Source of the DNA: Eledone cirrhosa
Lineage: Eukaryota
Assembly: GCA_964016885.1 (NCBI GenBank)
Contig: OZ024743.1
Coordinates: 76,136,001-76,200,000 of the forward strand
Direction of reading: 5' to 3'
DNA length: 64,000 bases
Shown: piece after piece, positions 26,851 to 42,329 of the stretch
Layout: the number at the start of each line of letters is the position of its first letter
Position numbering within the stretch: the stretch's first letter is position 1
Made by a program: the position numbers and the translations under genes
Notes under the pieces: model-generated
Seen by the model: only the letters and a program-made list of their open reading frames with translations
The model's database searches: none
Told to the model about the DNA's origin: nothing

Positions 26851-26938
26851 GTAAACCAAATGATAAATCGAAAGTCTTTCTTTCTTTCATGGAATTACAA
26901 TACTCTAATCACATTGACTCTATTATAAGCCTATCAAG

Positions 26939-27131
26939 AGCGGTGGATTGGCAGTATGGGTAGAGAGTCGGACGCCATGCTTTGCCGCATAGAGTAACGA
27001 CCCTTTATGATCTGAGGTCAAATCCCCGACCGAGGTTAACTTTGCCTTTCATCCTTACAGGTTGATAAAATAAAGTACCAGTCACGGACTGGTGTCGATT
27101 TAATCGACTTTCCCTTCCCCCAAATTGCTGG
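26939..27131 (+). mobile_element. SINE (major family)
   Basis: Matches consensus. Confidence 0.85.
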
Positions 27132-27427
27132 ATCCAAAAGGGCAGGGAGGGAGGGTATATGTGTCTGCTTAGACTTGCATGGCACCAAAAACCCTTAGCA
27201 AAATTATGGTACATCTATCTATATATAGAGATAGATAGGCTATATAGACATAGATATATAAATATATATTGTTATATTTGGGGAGGGTCATATTGTTATA
27301 ATATTGCCAGAAATAGTAATAAAACACACACACTGTTTGGTTTGGATTGGTTTTCGCTTCTGTATCCTTTATATTACTATAGTTAATTTAGGTGGCAAAT
27401 AATGTTTATCATTGATTGACCAACTGT

Positions 27428-27479
<52 letters not shown>

Positions 27480-27496
27480 AGACTATATATATATAA

Positions 27497-28430
27497 ACGG
27501 AAAAAATGAAACGAAATTTCATTTCCCACTTTTAGTACGGCTGTTACTTAAATATAAGTATGTACACGTACATACATATATGTATACAGACGTACAATAG
27601 TATGTATATATATATATATATATATATACATGCACACATATATATATGTACGTATGAATTCACCGAACATTTATTATAATGCTCGGTGTGTTTGTAAACA
27701 AACATCCCGTATTAAGCCGTATTAAGCCGTACAGTAGTATGTATATATATATACATACATGCACACATATATATATGTACGTATGGATTCACCGAACATT
27801 TATTATAATGCTCGGTGTGTTTGTAAACAAACACCCCGTATTAAGCCATACGGTTAATACGGGATGTTTGTTTACAAACACACCGAGCATTATAATAAAT
27901 GTTCGATGAATCCATACGTACATATATATATGTGTGCATGTATGTATATATATATACATACTACTGTACGTCTGTATACATATATGTATGTACGTGTACA
28001 TACTTATATTTAAGTAACAGCCGTACTAAGAGTGGGAAATGAAATTTCGTTTAATTTTTTCCGTTTATCGTTTTCGGTGCACCTGGCCGATTAACCCACT
28101 CGATATGCAAATTGAGCTACTCAGCCGTTAATATGCATGAGGTAAGTATATACGTTCAACAATCTGGCAGGAAGGTATACGTTGCTGACGATAGCTAAGA
28201 AGCTTGAAACTAGTACAGCGTTCCTTTGTCAGTGTTGAACAAACGAGCAACGATGGTTGCTAGACACTACGGCTTAATACGGGATGTTTGTTTACAAACA
28301 CACCGAGCATTATAATAAATGTTCGGTGAATCCATAAGTACATATATATATATGTGTGCATGTATGTATATATATATACATACTACTGTACGTCTGTATA
28401 CATATATGTATGTACGTGTACATACTTATA
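27497..28430. mobile_element. Family B retrozyme/pLTR-like element: fold-back centred near 27850 plus ~420-bp tandem unit
   Basis: 27497-27850 inverted vs 27850-28065; direct repeat at 27850 and 28268; flanked by an inverted pair 27270-27432 / 28446-28620. Confidence 0.75.
28179..28221 (+). ncRNA. Minimal type I hammerhead (family B)
   Basis: ACGTTG-CTGACGA-tAGCTaagaAGCTt-GAAA-CTAG-TA-CAGCGT. Confidence 0.85.
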
Positions 28431-28880
28431 TATATATCTATATCTATATTTTTAACAGTTGGTCAATCAATGAGAAACATTGATTGCCAGCTAAATAAAC
28501 TATAGGGATATAAAAGATACAGAAGCGAAAACCAATCCAAACCAAACAGTGTGTGTGTTTTATTACTATCTCTCGCAATACTATAACAATATGACCCTCC
28601 CTAAATATAACAATATTTGTTTCAACACACGATTTCATATCAAAAACCTTGCAAAACAAATTCATCGCCGTTATAGATATGTAGATATAGATATATAGGT
28701 ATAGATATATAGATATATAAGAAGCAAAGAAAATTTCAATGATACGAAAGAATTCCTGGTGGAAGTTCAGGTGTACTCCGAGTTGGTATCCAGTTTCGGG
28801 GTGAAAATCCAATTAGAAAATCCAACGAATTTTCCAATTCCAACCCGCCCATCCTCTCAATCTATCTTATTTCTCATTCT

Positions 28881-28917
28881 TTCTTCTGATGAAGGACTAG
28901 CGTCCGAAACGTTAAAA
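28881..28917 (+). ncRNA. Minimal Penelope-type hammerhead (family H)
   Basis: CTGATGAA-GGAC tagc GTCC-GAAACGTTA; stem II covaries with 21586 (GGGC/GCCC). Confidence 0.7.
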
Positions 28918-29039
28918 CTCTCTTCCTACTATATCAAGCGTTAACCTAATATATCCCTTCCACACTACCGATTGTGTTGTTATTTCTGTTTACCTTTTAC
29001 ACACACACAAACACACACACACACACTCACACCCACACC

Positions 29040-29089
<50 letters not shown>

Positions 29090-29596
29090 TAGGTGTATGC
29101 ATGTGTGTCTATAGAGTTATAAAAAATATATAAAACGGTGGCGGGGAATGTGTGTTATTCAATAAGGAAATGAGAAAGGTTGAAGAGATCATACAATCGA
29201 CTAAATCCCGATCAGATCAATTTTGCTTGTTATCCTTTCGAGGTCGATATCAGAGTAGAATTGGCGGTCTGTGGGTGTGAACCCCGTGTGTGGAGTGGCT
29301 GTTCCAGCGTGTCTCCCTCGCCGTCATCCGGGGTAATGTATTCTCCATCCTGTGGGACGAGGTGGAGGGAGAGGATACTCGTCACACATTTACTCTTCTC
29401 ACCCCACTTTCATTCTTACGTACAGACACTTAACAGTATAGGTCAGAGGATTGGTAGAATTCGTAGAGAGCATGCGTGGAGTCTGCCCTTATTCTAGGCG
29501 TTCTGAGTTCAAATCTCGCCTTCTCTCACCGGAAAAAATTATATTTTAACGTTACATAAACTTAGTAAGGAAATTATATAACTTTATATTTATAAT

Positions 29597-29781
29597 AATT
29601 GTTTCTACATTTGGCACAAGGCCAGCAATTAACCAGTGTATTACTGGTACTTTATTTTATCGACCCCGAAAGGATGAAAGACAAAGTTAACCTCGGCGGG
29701 ATTTGAACACAGAATGGCAAGGACCGTAACTCTATGCGTCAAAGCATGGCGTCCGACCCTCTACCGATACTGCCAATCCTC
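29597..29781 (-). mobile_element. SINE (major family)
   Basis: Matches consensus. Confidence 0.9.
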
Positions 29782-29949
29782 CTTATAATAATATAAATGT
29801 TTCTGGCCCCAGAAGTTAAGGGCCACAACCCTCGTTTGAGGTGGGTTACTTCTCTGAAGACCTTCTGCTGGCCAACTCTTCTGAGAGTTTCTTACCACTA
29901 GGAAGGTAATAATATAACTTTACATATATAGATGTGTACTAATGTAGTA

Positions 29950-30022
<73 letters not shown>

Positions 30023-30135
30023 ATAAAAGGAATTGCAACTTTGTCTGATTTACTCGTTTTATTTACAATCCTTTAAAATTTATAATGGTATTAGAATGAA
30101 ATAGTATGGTAGAATATTAAATGTTAAGTGTTAAT

Positions 30136-30174
30136 TGAACAAGTACTTTCATGCTTTCGCAATCTTCAGGTTCA
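30136..30174 (-). ncRNA. Minimal type I hammerhead (in fold-back element ~30018-30700)
   Basis: TGAAC-CTGAAGA-tTGC gaaa GCAt-GAAA-GTAC-TT-GTTCA. Confidence 0.8.
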
Positions 30175-30703
30175 TAATGTGTGGTGACAGTCAAGTTTGC
30201 AATTTTCAACAATTTTATATATAGCTTAAAATGGAGTGAGAATAAGAAGAAAGCAAGAACGAGGGGGAGTTTTGCTCATCAGTTGTCTACTGGGGTTATC
30301 TGATATTTCAACACTTTAAAGACAAGATATCTACCGCCCAGAACGTTCAATAACTGAGTAAGTTATTGGGAAAACGGAGGAAAAAGGGAGGGAAATAAAA
30401 GAGAAAAGGGAAGAAAAGGGAAAACAGCGAAAAAAAAACCAACAAACCGAGCAATGTGCGAGCAACTTAAGGTAAGAAAATCCAAGACCACAGCGATAAG
30501 AGAACTTTAGTTGAAGTGTGTGTGGGCAAGCGAAAAGACACGTCGATTGCTCGGTTTGGTGTTGTTTTTTTTCGCTGTTCTGTCTTTTCTTCCCTTTTCC
30601 CTTCTATTTTCCTTCCCCACCCTCCTCCGTTTTCCCAATAACTTCTTATTCTCACTCCATTTTAAGCTACCTTAACTAGCAACCACACAGCCAATCCTAT
30701 TCT

Positions 30704-30774
<71 letters not shown>

Positions 30775-30778
30775 CACA

Positions 30779-30855
<77 letters not shown>

Positions 30856-30859
<4 letters not shown>

Positions 30860-31110
30860 TCATCACCGTTTTACGTCCGTTCTTCCACACTAGCATGGGT
30901 TAGACGTGTTGTCCTGTTGTGGGCAGTGTCTGGTCGGCTGACCATGCCTTGTTCATACAGAAACTGATTTGGCTTGATTTCTACAGCTGGATGCCCTTCC
31001 TAACACCAACCTCATTTACAGTGAGTGCTGGGTGCTTTTTCGTGGCGCCTACACGTCCACTTTACAGTGTGGGCTAGGTGCTTTTTTCCGTGGCACCTCC
31101 ACGACCACAT
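30856..31110 (-). mobile_element. SINE fragment with RTE-type tail
   Basis: GGATGCCCTTCCTAACACCAACC motif and (CAT)n tail. Confidence 0.55.
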
Positions 31111-31166
31111 TGGCTTCTTGCTCACATTAATTTCTCTATTTTCATTTATATATCTATTTATATATA

Positions 31167-31919
31167 TAAATGGAATAGAATGAAACGAAATTTCATTTCT
31201 CACTCTTAGTACGGCACTTACTTAAATGTAAGTATGTATGTATGTATGTATACGTACATACATATATATGTATACAGACGTACAGTAGTATGTATATATA
31301 TATACATACATGCGCACATATATATATGCACTTATCGGTTTACCGAACATTTATTATAATGCTCGGTTTGTTTGTTTGTAAACAAACAAACAGCCCGAAT
31401 TACGCCGTACAGTGTTTAGGCAACCACGTCACCTTTTTGTTCAACACTGACACAGGAACGATGTACTAGTTTCAAGCTTATTAACTATCGTCAGCATCGT
31501 ATACCTTCCTGCCAGATGGTTGAACGTCTGAAAGTATATACTTTCCTTATGCATATTAACGGCTGAGCAGCCTAATTTGCATATCGAGTGAGTTCAGTCG
31601 GCCGGCCACACCGAAAACGATAAATGGAATAGAATGAAACGAAATTTCATTTCTCACTCTTAGTACGGCACTTACTTAAATGTACATCGTTCCTGTGTCA
31701 GTGTTGAACAAAAAGGTGACGTGGTTGCCTAAACACTGTACGGCGTAATTCGGGCTGTTTGTTTGTTTACAAATAAACAAACCGAGCATTATAATAAATG
31801 TTCGGTAAACCGATACGTGCATATATATATGTGTGCATGTATGTATATATATATACATAATACTGTACGTCTGTATACATATATGTATGTACGTATACAT
31901 ACTTACATACTTACATACT

Positions 31920-31920
<1 letters not shown>
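31167..31920. mobile_element. Family B element: ~454-bp unit with wrap-around, then an inverted segment
   Basis: Direct repeat at 31167/31621; 31681-31920 inverted vs 31225-31466. Confidence 0.75.
31458..31500 (-). ncRNA. Minimal type I hammerhead (family B)
   Basis: ACGATG-CTGACGA-stem II-GAAA-CTAG-TA-CATCGT; perfect stem I. Confidence 0.85.
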
Positions 31921-31976
<56 letters not shown>

Positions 31977-32113
31977 TTATTTATTTATTAAAATAACAGA
32001 TTAAAGTTTAAGCAAAGAATCTCTGCTTTAACCCTAACCTGATCTTCAGAAACTCTGATAGATTTATCCTTATCGAGCCCTCTTTGGATTTGAGTCGTCA
32101 CATTTATTATTTT

Positions 32114-32227
<114 letters not shown>

Positions 32228-32331
32228 TAATGTAGCACTCAATAGATACATATATGTGTAGTAACATATAGATATGTAGTGATATAATTCAGAACCTTAC
32301 AAGTTGGTGACGATACACCTTCAGGACACAA

Positions 32332-32890
32332 TCAGGGAACCTGTTGGGGCCTACTGCTGAAGACATCAGGGGCGCCAAACGTTATATCTGATATAGTGTG
32401 TTGGGGATTAACATCACTGATACAGCCCAGATCGGCCATATCAGGGTTGCTGAAAACAGGGCAGTATTGTTTCTGCAGTTTCTCGCCCATGGTTTTGGCA
32501 TTGTCTTGGAGTGTGGCATTTTCATTAACTAGAGGGGCAACAGTGGGGACGGTGACCTTGTGTTTTTTAGCAAATGAAAAGAACACTTTGGGGTTGAGTT
32601 TGATTTTCTCAATGGCCCACCTCTCTTCAGCTATTCTCTGGTTATTGATGATGGTCATCATACATTGCTGGAGGTTATATTTTTTTGACTCAAGCAGGGT
32701 GATAGCCATCGGATGTGTGTGTTGTTGTTGGCAGTATTTTAGTGTGTTAATTTTTTTGTTTGTTCTTTTTATTTTTCTGATAATTGTTTTTCTCTTTTGG
32801 GAGATACTACACTTGGTTTTGTTCACAGGTTTTGGTGGGCTGTATTTTGTACATATATTTGTGACAGTGTCTGCTAAGATGTTTTGATGT
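32332..32890 (-). pseudogene. CR1/L2-group LINE ORF2 fragment (between endonuclease and RT)
   Basis: IKLNPKVFFSFAKKHK...VAPL...LQKQYCPVFS. Confidence 0.75.
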
Positions 32891-32929
32891 TGGTGGAAAT
32901 GTGTGCGTGTGTAAAAGACCAGTCAACAT

Positions 32930-32977
<48 letters not shown>

Positions 32978-33245
32978 TAAAAAAAATGAATAAAAACAAA
33001 GAACAAGTTCCTTATATTAAAAAATTCATAATTTTACGATCGTTTCTAGGATATATATGTGTGTTGGTATGTATATCATATAGATCTATGTAAAAGTATT
33101 ACAAATTATCAGAGGAAATATACATTTTGGTAGATTTATCTACATATATATATACATATATATAAATTGATGAGCAGAACAAACAAACATTAAACAATCC
33201 TTTAAATGATTTAAAAAATGATTTAAATATCTACCTGTTCATAAT

Positions 33246-33324
33246 GCTATTACCGGCGGTTTCCATTTACAAAAGATTAGAAATTCAGAGAATTTCCAAC
33301 GGAAAGTAAATTTCATCAGATAGC
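33246..33324 (-). ncRNA. Type I hammerhead with extended stem II
   Basis: GCTAT-CTGATGA-aATTTAC...GTAAATg-GAAA-CCGCCGG-TA-ATAGC. Confidence 0.8.
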
Positions 33325-33643
33325 TATTTCCATTCTATAGGACTTAAGTCCCACGGTCTGCAAATATAATGCCAACTACCAGCTCGTATGCGTTATGGCC
33401 GTTAAAGTGACCCACACGTGAACCGGTCGCTAGTGAAAGCGGGAATATTACAGACTTGATGGCTTTGCTGCTAAAAAAATAGCAGTAAGCAACAACGAAT
33501 TTTTTCTCTACATAGATTGGAGAATATATAAAAATGAGGTAAATATCCCACTGGGTACAAAGTACCCATAGAGATATATAAGGTGTCCATGGACACCCTA
33601 TATATCTCTATGGGTACTTTGTACCCAGTGAGATATTTACCTC

Positions 33644-33689
<46 letters not shown>

Positions 33690-33794
33690 CGGAAAAAATG
33701 AAACAAAATTTCATTTCTCACTCTTAGTACGACTGTTACTATGCATAAGGAAAGTTTATACTTTCAGACGTTCAACCATCTGGTAGGAAGGTAT

Positions 33795-33837
33795 ACGTTG
33801 CTGGCGATAGCTAATAAGCTTGAAACTAGTACGGCGT
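33795..33837 (+). ncRNA. Family B hammerhead, core mutated (CTGGCGA)
   Basis: ACGTTG-CTGGCGA...GAAA-CTAG-TA-CGGCGT. Confidence 0.7.
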
Positions 33838-34219
33838 TCCTTTGTCAGTGTTGAACAAATGAGCAACGATGGTTGCTAGACACTGTACGGCTTAATTCGG
33901 GATGTTTGTTTACAAACACACCGAGCATTATAATAAATGTTCGGTGAATCCATACGTACATATATATATGTGTGCATGTATGTATATATATATACTACTG
34001 TACGTCTGTATACATATATGTATGTACGTATACATACTTATATTGAAGTAACAGTCGTACTAAGAGTGAGAAATGAAATTTCGTTTCATTTTTTCCGTTT
34101 ATCGTTTTCGGTACTCCGGCCGATTAACTCACTCGATATGCAAATTAGGCTGCTCAGCCCTTAATATGCATAAGGAAAGTTTATACTTTCAGACATTCAA
34201 CCATCTGGCAGGAAGGTAT

Positions 34220-34262
34220 ACGTTACTGACGATAGCTAATAAGCTTGAAACTAGTGCAGCGT
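34220..34262 (+). ncRNA. Family B hammerhead, cleavage site mutated (GUG)
   Basis: CTGACGA...GAAA-CTAG-TG-CAGCGT. Confidence 0.7.
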
Positions 34263-34467
34263 TCCTTTGTCAGTGTTGAACAAATGAGCAACGATGGTTG
34301 CTAGACAGTGTACGGCTTAATTCGGGATGTTTGTTTACAAACACACCGAGCATTATAATAAATGTTCGGTGAATCCATACATACATCTATATATGTGTGC
34401 TTGTATGTATATATATATATACATACTACTGTACGTCTGTATACATATATGTATGTACGTATACATA

Positions 34468-34531
<64 letters not shown>

Positions 34532-34651
34532 TTGCAAGGTTTTTGATATGAAATCGTGTGTCGAAACAAATATATATATATATATATTTGTTTTGCGAGG
34601 TTTTTGATATGAGATCGTGTGTCGAAACAAATATTGTTATACTCGGGGAGG

Positions 34652-34689
<38 letters not shown>

Positions 34690-35087
34690 ATATGTATATA
34701 TGTATATATACATATATATGTATATATATATATAAGTATATATGTATGTATATATACATATATATGTATATATATATATAAGTATATACATATATATGTA
34801 TATATATATGTATATATATATATTTATATATATATATGTATAAATGAAAAAAATTAGTACGGCTGATACTTAAATATAAGTATGAATACGTACATACATA
34901 TATCTATACAGACGTACAGTAGTATGTATATACATACATACATGCACACATATATATATATATATGTCCGTATGGGTTTACCGAACATTTATTATAATGT
35001 TCGGTTTGTTTGTAAACAAACAGCCCGAATTAAGCCGTAGAGTGTTCGGCAACCATCGTTGCCCTTTTGTTCAACACTGACAAAGGA

Positions 35088-35130
35088 ACGATGAACTAGT
35101 TTCTAGCTTCTTAGCTGTCATCAGCACCGT
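35088..35130 (-). ncRNA. Family B hammerhead (element ~34842-35290)
   Basis: ACGGTG-CTGATGA-cAGCTaagaAGCTa-GAAA-CTAG-TT-CATCGT. Confidence 0.8.
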
Positions 35131-35289
35131 ATACCTTCCTGTCAGTTGATTGAAGGTTTGAAAGTATATACTTTCCTTATGCATATTAACGGCTGAGTAG
35201 CCTAATTTGTATATCGAGTGAGTTAGTCGGCTGATACTTAAATATAAGTATGTATACGTACATGCATATATGTATACAGACGTACAGTA

Positions 35290-36964
<1,675 letters not shown>

Positions 36965-37037
36965 GGGAGCTTCCAACAGAAATGGTCGCATTCTTTAAGG
37001 GTATGTCAATATTTATTTATAAAACTGCTCTATATTA

Positions 37038-37102
37038 TATTTTATCTGATGAAAGCACACCATAATTTAACTTGGTGTCCTTGAAATATGTATAATGAAA
37101 TA
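37038..37102 (+). ncRNA. Type I hammerhead (family D, element ~36965-37235)
   Basis: TATTTTAT-CTGATGA-AAGcACACCA...TGGTGTcCTT-GAAA-TATGTA-TA-ATGAAATA. Confidence 0.85.
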
Positions 37103-37231
37103 AATATGGTTTTATAAATATAGTTTGCATTTGTTAATATATCGCATTTCTACTCCAATAATTTGTTGAGTGCTTTTTATCAGTTATAAAAATATTTGCT
37201 TGTTGTATCCCAACAATTTAAATAGAACTTC

Positions 37232-37270
<39 letters not shown>

Positions 37271-37401
37271 ATATATATATCGTCGAAACGGCTTGAGCTC
37301 TGCCGTCGGGGTCATACTTTTTCCTATTTCTCACTCTACTACCCTAAGTATTGAGTATTCTGGTGCGTTATGGTCCATCTGGTTCCTTACCACATTTCCT
37401 T

Positions 37402-37477
<76 letters not shown>

Positions 37478-37898
37478 ATGTTCAAGACCCCGACGGCAGA
37501 GCTCGAGCCGATCGAAACGTTATCATCATCATCGCGGTCCTCGTCATCAGAATTGTCGTCCACATCATCGTCATCATCATCATCGTAACCCTCATCGTCA
37601 TCATCATCATCATCATCGTAACCCTCATCGTCATCATCATCGTGGTCAACATGACTATCATCATCATTGTCGTTGTTGTATTCGGAATTGCTGAATCTCG
37701 ATTTTGCGAATTAACCACACTATCGATTATCTTTTGATTTGAAATTGTTTGATCTAATTCGATACTCTTATCAATCGCTATCCAATCAATATTTTTATGC
37801 TCTAGATTATTTCTTGAACTTTCAATGGATCTTGTCTGTCTTATTTCTTCACCATAACAAATACTTGTCATGTTATTATTAAACGAGAGACAAGGGCA

Positions 37899-38085
37899 GT
37901 GGGTTGGCTGGATCGGTTGAGCGCCGAACAACATGCTTCACAGCATAGAGTTACGGACCTTTACGTTCTTTAAAATCAAATCCCGCCGAGGTTATCTCTA
38001 CCTTTCATCCTTATGTGGTCGATAAAATAAAGTACCAGTAATGTACTGGTTAATTGCTGGCCTTGTGCCGAAAGTAGAAACCATT
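37899..38085 (+). mobile_element. SINE (major family)
   Basis: Matches consensus. Confidence 0.8.
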
Positions 38086-38169
38086 TTCCTGCCATACCAG
38101 TAACAAAGACCATACCTTTAATTGTGAACTGGTGTTGAAACTTTTGATGAATTATTTCATTATATGAAT

Positions 38170-39400
38170 ACCCACTATGAGGCATCTACTATACTCTGAA
38201 CGCCTTGTTTCCCTGGGCCTGGATACATTGAAGCTCCGACGTCTGGAACTGACTTGGTAAACACCCACAAAATTATTTACCATCTTGCCAACAACAACTC
38301 TGAGCACCTTTTTGAATTCCATGTGTCTAACACACGTGGGCATGCCTACAAAGTCAGAAAACAGCACAGCTCCCATGACTTTCGGAAACATTTTTTTCAC
38401 GCTCAGAGTTGCTGAAGCATGGAACAAACTATCTGCATCAGTTGTTAGCTACCGAGACACTGCATCCTTTAAAACCTCCATGGAACAAACTATCTGTATC
38501 AGTTGCTAGCTACCGAGAAACTGAATCCTTTAAAACCTCCATGGAACAAACTACCTGCATCAGTTGTTAGCTGTCGAGACACTGCATCCTTTAAAACCTT
38601 CATGGAACAAACTACCTGCATCAGTTGTTAGCTGTCGAGACACTGCATCCTTTAAAACCTCCATGGAACAAACTACCTGTATCAGTTGTTAGCTGCCGAG
38701 ACACTGCATCCTTTAAAACCTCCATGGAACAAACTACCTGCATCAGTTGTTAGCTGTCGAGACACTGCATCCTTTAAAACCTCCATGGAACAAACTACCT
38801 GCATCAGTTGTTAGCTGTCGAGACACTGCATCCTTAAAACCTCATGGAGCAAACTACCTGCATCAGTTGTTAGCTGTCGAGACACTGCATCCTTTAAAAC
38901 CTCCATGGAACAAACTACCGGCATCAGTTGTTAGCTGCCGAGTCACTGCATCCTTTTAAACCTCCATGGAACAAACTACCTGCATCAGTTGTTAGCTGCC
39001 GAGACACTGCATCCTTTAAAACCTCCATGGAACAAACTACCTGCATCAGTTGTTAGCTGTCGAGACACTGCATCCTTTAAAACCTCCATGGAACAAACTA
39101 CCTGCATCAGTTCTTAGGTGTCGAGACACTGCATCCTTTAAAACCTCCATGGAACAAACTACCTGCATCAGTTGTTAGCTGTTGAGACACTGCATCCTTT
39201 AAAACCTCCATGCTTCCTGAGATTCGCCAACACTACACCTAATATTCCCCCTCCATACACACGCACACATGTATATCATGACTCATACACTATTCATTTC
39301 CCTGACATTTGTATATTATTCTATGTACTATACATGCACATTTGATGAGTTGTAGTGCACCTGAGCACTGTACACAATAATTTCATTAATATCATTATTA
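38170..39400 (+). mobile_element. CR1-like LINE 3' fragment containing 13 tandem copies of a 61-bp ORF2 segment (38418-39208)
   Basis: TRGHAYKVRKQHSSHDFRKHFF...AWNKLPASVVSCRDTASFK; 3'UTR matches 13440-13633. Confidence 0.92.
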
Positions 39401-39629
39401 TCTTAAATCTGTTGTGACAGTTGATATTCTGAATAATTCTCTGGTCCATTGGATTCCTCAGGGAAGTTATGTCAGGTTGTAAATAACAGGGAAACATATT
39501 TCTACAGCCTGAACCTTAAATTTACAAGTATGAAATCTACAATTTTTGAAACACGTTTAGTATTAAATTGAATTAAATCTAACTGCAAGCTCAAAGTCGG
39601 TAAATTTGGAAATAGTTTTTTATCTATCC

Positions 39630-39713
39630 ATGTTCTTGCTGTTGTTGTTATTGGTCTTGTTGTTGTTACTGTTGATGTTATTGTTGTTGTTGTTGTTGCC
39701 GTTGTTTTTGTTG

Positions 39714-39744
<31 letters not shown>

Positions 39745-39891
39745 GCTGTGTTGTTGTTGCTACTGTGTTGCTGTTACTATCGTTGTTGTTGCTGTTATTG
39801 TTATTGTTGTTCTTGCTGTTGTTATTGTTGTTGCTATTGTTGTTGCTGTTGTTGGTGTTGGTGTTGTTGTTGTTGCTATTGCTGCTGCTGC

Positions 39892-39936
<45 letters not shown>
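39630..39936. repeat. Degenerate (TTG)n
   Basis: Directly visible. Confidence 0.9.
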
Positions 39937-39937
<1 letters not shown>

Positions 39938-40099
39938 CTGTCTCATCTCCAATCCAGTAAACCTCTACCATCTATGTCATCAGAAATCGTCTCCAGGTTT
40001 ATGGATAACGTTTGCTTGAGTTCTTGGAAAGCTGAGATTTTTTGGAGATTTGTTTAGGTTCAAATTAAGTAAATTAATGATCTTAGTTTCGTATGGGTG

Positions 40100-40775
40100 T
40101 ATCACACCTTGATACTCTCATACCTTGTCACACCTTGAGACTGTCACACCTTGATACTGTTACACCGTGATACTGTCACACCTCGATACTGTCACACCTC
40201 GATACTGTCACACCTTGATACTGTCACATCTTGAGACTGTCACACCTTGATACTGTCACACCTTGATACTGTCACACCTCGATACTGTCACACCTTGATA
40301 CTGTCATACCGTGATACTATCACAACTTGATACTGTCACACCTTGATATTGTCACACCTTGATACTGTCACACCATGACACTGTCACACATTGATACGGT
40401 CACACCTTGACACTGTCACACCTTGATACTGTCACACATTGACACTGTCACACATTCATACGGTCACACCTTGATACTGTCTCACTTTGATACTGTCACA
40501 CCTTGATACTGTCATACCTTGATACTGTCACACATTGACACTGTCACATCTTGATACTGTCACACCTTGATACTGTCACACCTTGATACTGTCACAACTT
40601 GATACTGTCAAACCTTGATACTGTCACACCTTGACACTGTCTCAACTTGATACTGTCACACCTCGATACTGTCACACCTTGATACTGTTACACCTTGATA
40701 CTATCACACCATGGGTGTGTCACACCTTGATAATATCACACCATCGGTGTGTCACACCTTCATACTGACACACCT
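40100..40775. repeat. 16-bp minisatellite (~40 units)
   Basis: Unit GATACTGTCACACCTT. Confidence 0.95.
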
Positions 40776-41010
40776 TCCCTGTTGGCAGGTATTTTACATA
40801 AAGATCCCATTGTGGAGTCAACTGTTATTATATTTGTTTGATTTGTGGATAACATTGGGTTGGTGTAGCTGTGATTATGTTCACGTTAAGGGGATTAATG
40901 TTACGGGGGTTTAGTTATGTTAGGGGATTAGTTAGGTACGGACTTGGAGGGGAACTTTCTAGGTGCAAATCTTATGGTCATTCCTGACCGAAGTGGGTCT
41001 TTACTTTTTA

Positions 41011-41046
<36 letters not shown>

Positions 41047-41050
<4 letters not shown>

Positions 41051-41610
41051 GAATATAACAGAGACATAAACACATATATAAACATATATGTGTTCAAATC
41101 GTAAGGGACCAAGTTAGCTAGGGTGGAAAAATATTAACTATGAATAATATGGTTTTCCAGACTCAATTTAAAAGAATAAATCAAGAAAATAAATACAAAC
41201 CGATATTGGGCAACTGCCTGAAAACCCAGACAGCTTTGGTTGGCTGTTTCGCAATTTTAGCGAAGGAAATTACCAATTTTTTGCTCATCAGTGGGTGAAA
41301 AGTTAGTAAACCCTTCACTTCTAAGTATCTCAAAAGACTGAATAGTGTGCGAATATAAAATAACGCCATGGCATCAGAACCTACCGTGTCTTTTTGATTT
41401 ATTATTTTAAATTGAGTCTGGCAAACCATATTGTTAAGAGGTAGTGTTTTTTCACCCTAGCGAACTTGGTCCCTTACTATTTGAACACATACATGTTTAT
41501 CTCATGTTTATCTGTGTTTATCTCTCTTTTATATTCAATTATGAAAAACCTCTTTCTTTGAGCTATTTAATTGCAAGAGACTATTTTAAGTTTCTAACTC
41601 AATATATACC

Positions 41611-41615
<5 letters not shown>
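41047..41615. mobile_element. Family C fold-back pLTR-like element between (TA)n tracts
   Basis: 41047-41185 inverted vs 41395-41540; second copy at 47555-47915. Confidence 0.7.
41224..41296 (-). ncRNA. Type I hammerhead (family C)
   Basis: ACCCA-CTGATGA-GCAA...TTGC-GAAA-CAGC caaccaaa GCTG-TC-TGGGT. Confidence 0.88.
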
Positions 41616-41670
<55 letters not shown>

Positions 41671-41704
41671 AGATTTGAATGGATACAGTTTAGTTGAAAG
41701 GAAT

Positions 41705-41824
41705 TTATTGACACGTGTTTCTATAACAGTTACATAACCTAAAACAGCTGCTATCTACAAACTTTTAGTTATGCAGACATTCAATATTTAAATGTTATTA
41801 TTTACTGTCATTTCATCAGAATAA
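41705..41824 (-). ncRNA. Type I hammerhead with ~90-nt stem II (inverted copy)
   Basis: Reverse complement of 42910-43029. Confidence 0.8.
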
Positions 41825-42268
41825 TATTACTGAGGACCTATTTAGTTTTTATAGAGAATATTAGGAGGGAGGGCTGAATAACAGAATTGAACGAACATTA
41901 TTCTGCCGTCACAGAACTAAAACCCTTTTTTCCCACTACAAGCCAAATATTACATAAAAGAGGGACATCCCCCAACTATATAAACATTAATCTAGCTGGA
42001 AAAATATAAAAACAATCTCTTCTCAACATATATTAATAACCTTAAATTACCACACTAATAATGGAAAGATATGCTGACGAGAATAGGTGCAAATATGCGA
42101 TAATGAATGTGTCTAAAAACGTCCATAAGTATGTATATATATGTGAAAATGTATATAGATAAGTAAATATATATATATATATTAGATGTGTATAGTTAGA
42201 TGTAAGTGTATTCATGTATTAAAGTGCTTATATATATATGTATATGTATGGGTATGTGTGTGTGTGTA

Positions 42269-42329
<61 letters not shown>

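Larger units (their letters stand above)
33690..34470 (+). mobile_element. Family B element: short 5' inversion then ~1.7 head-to-tail units (period 425 bp)
   Basis: Two HHRs at 33795 and 34220. Confidence 0.8.

Noticed and set aside
29840-32110. CTGAAGA/CTGATGA plus hairpin near 29855, 30280 and 32045 (also 7955 and 20830)
   Set aside because: No GAAA or stem III, so not counted as ribozymes; possibly truncated relics
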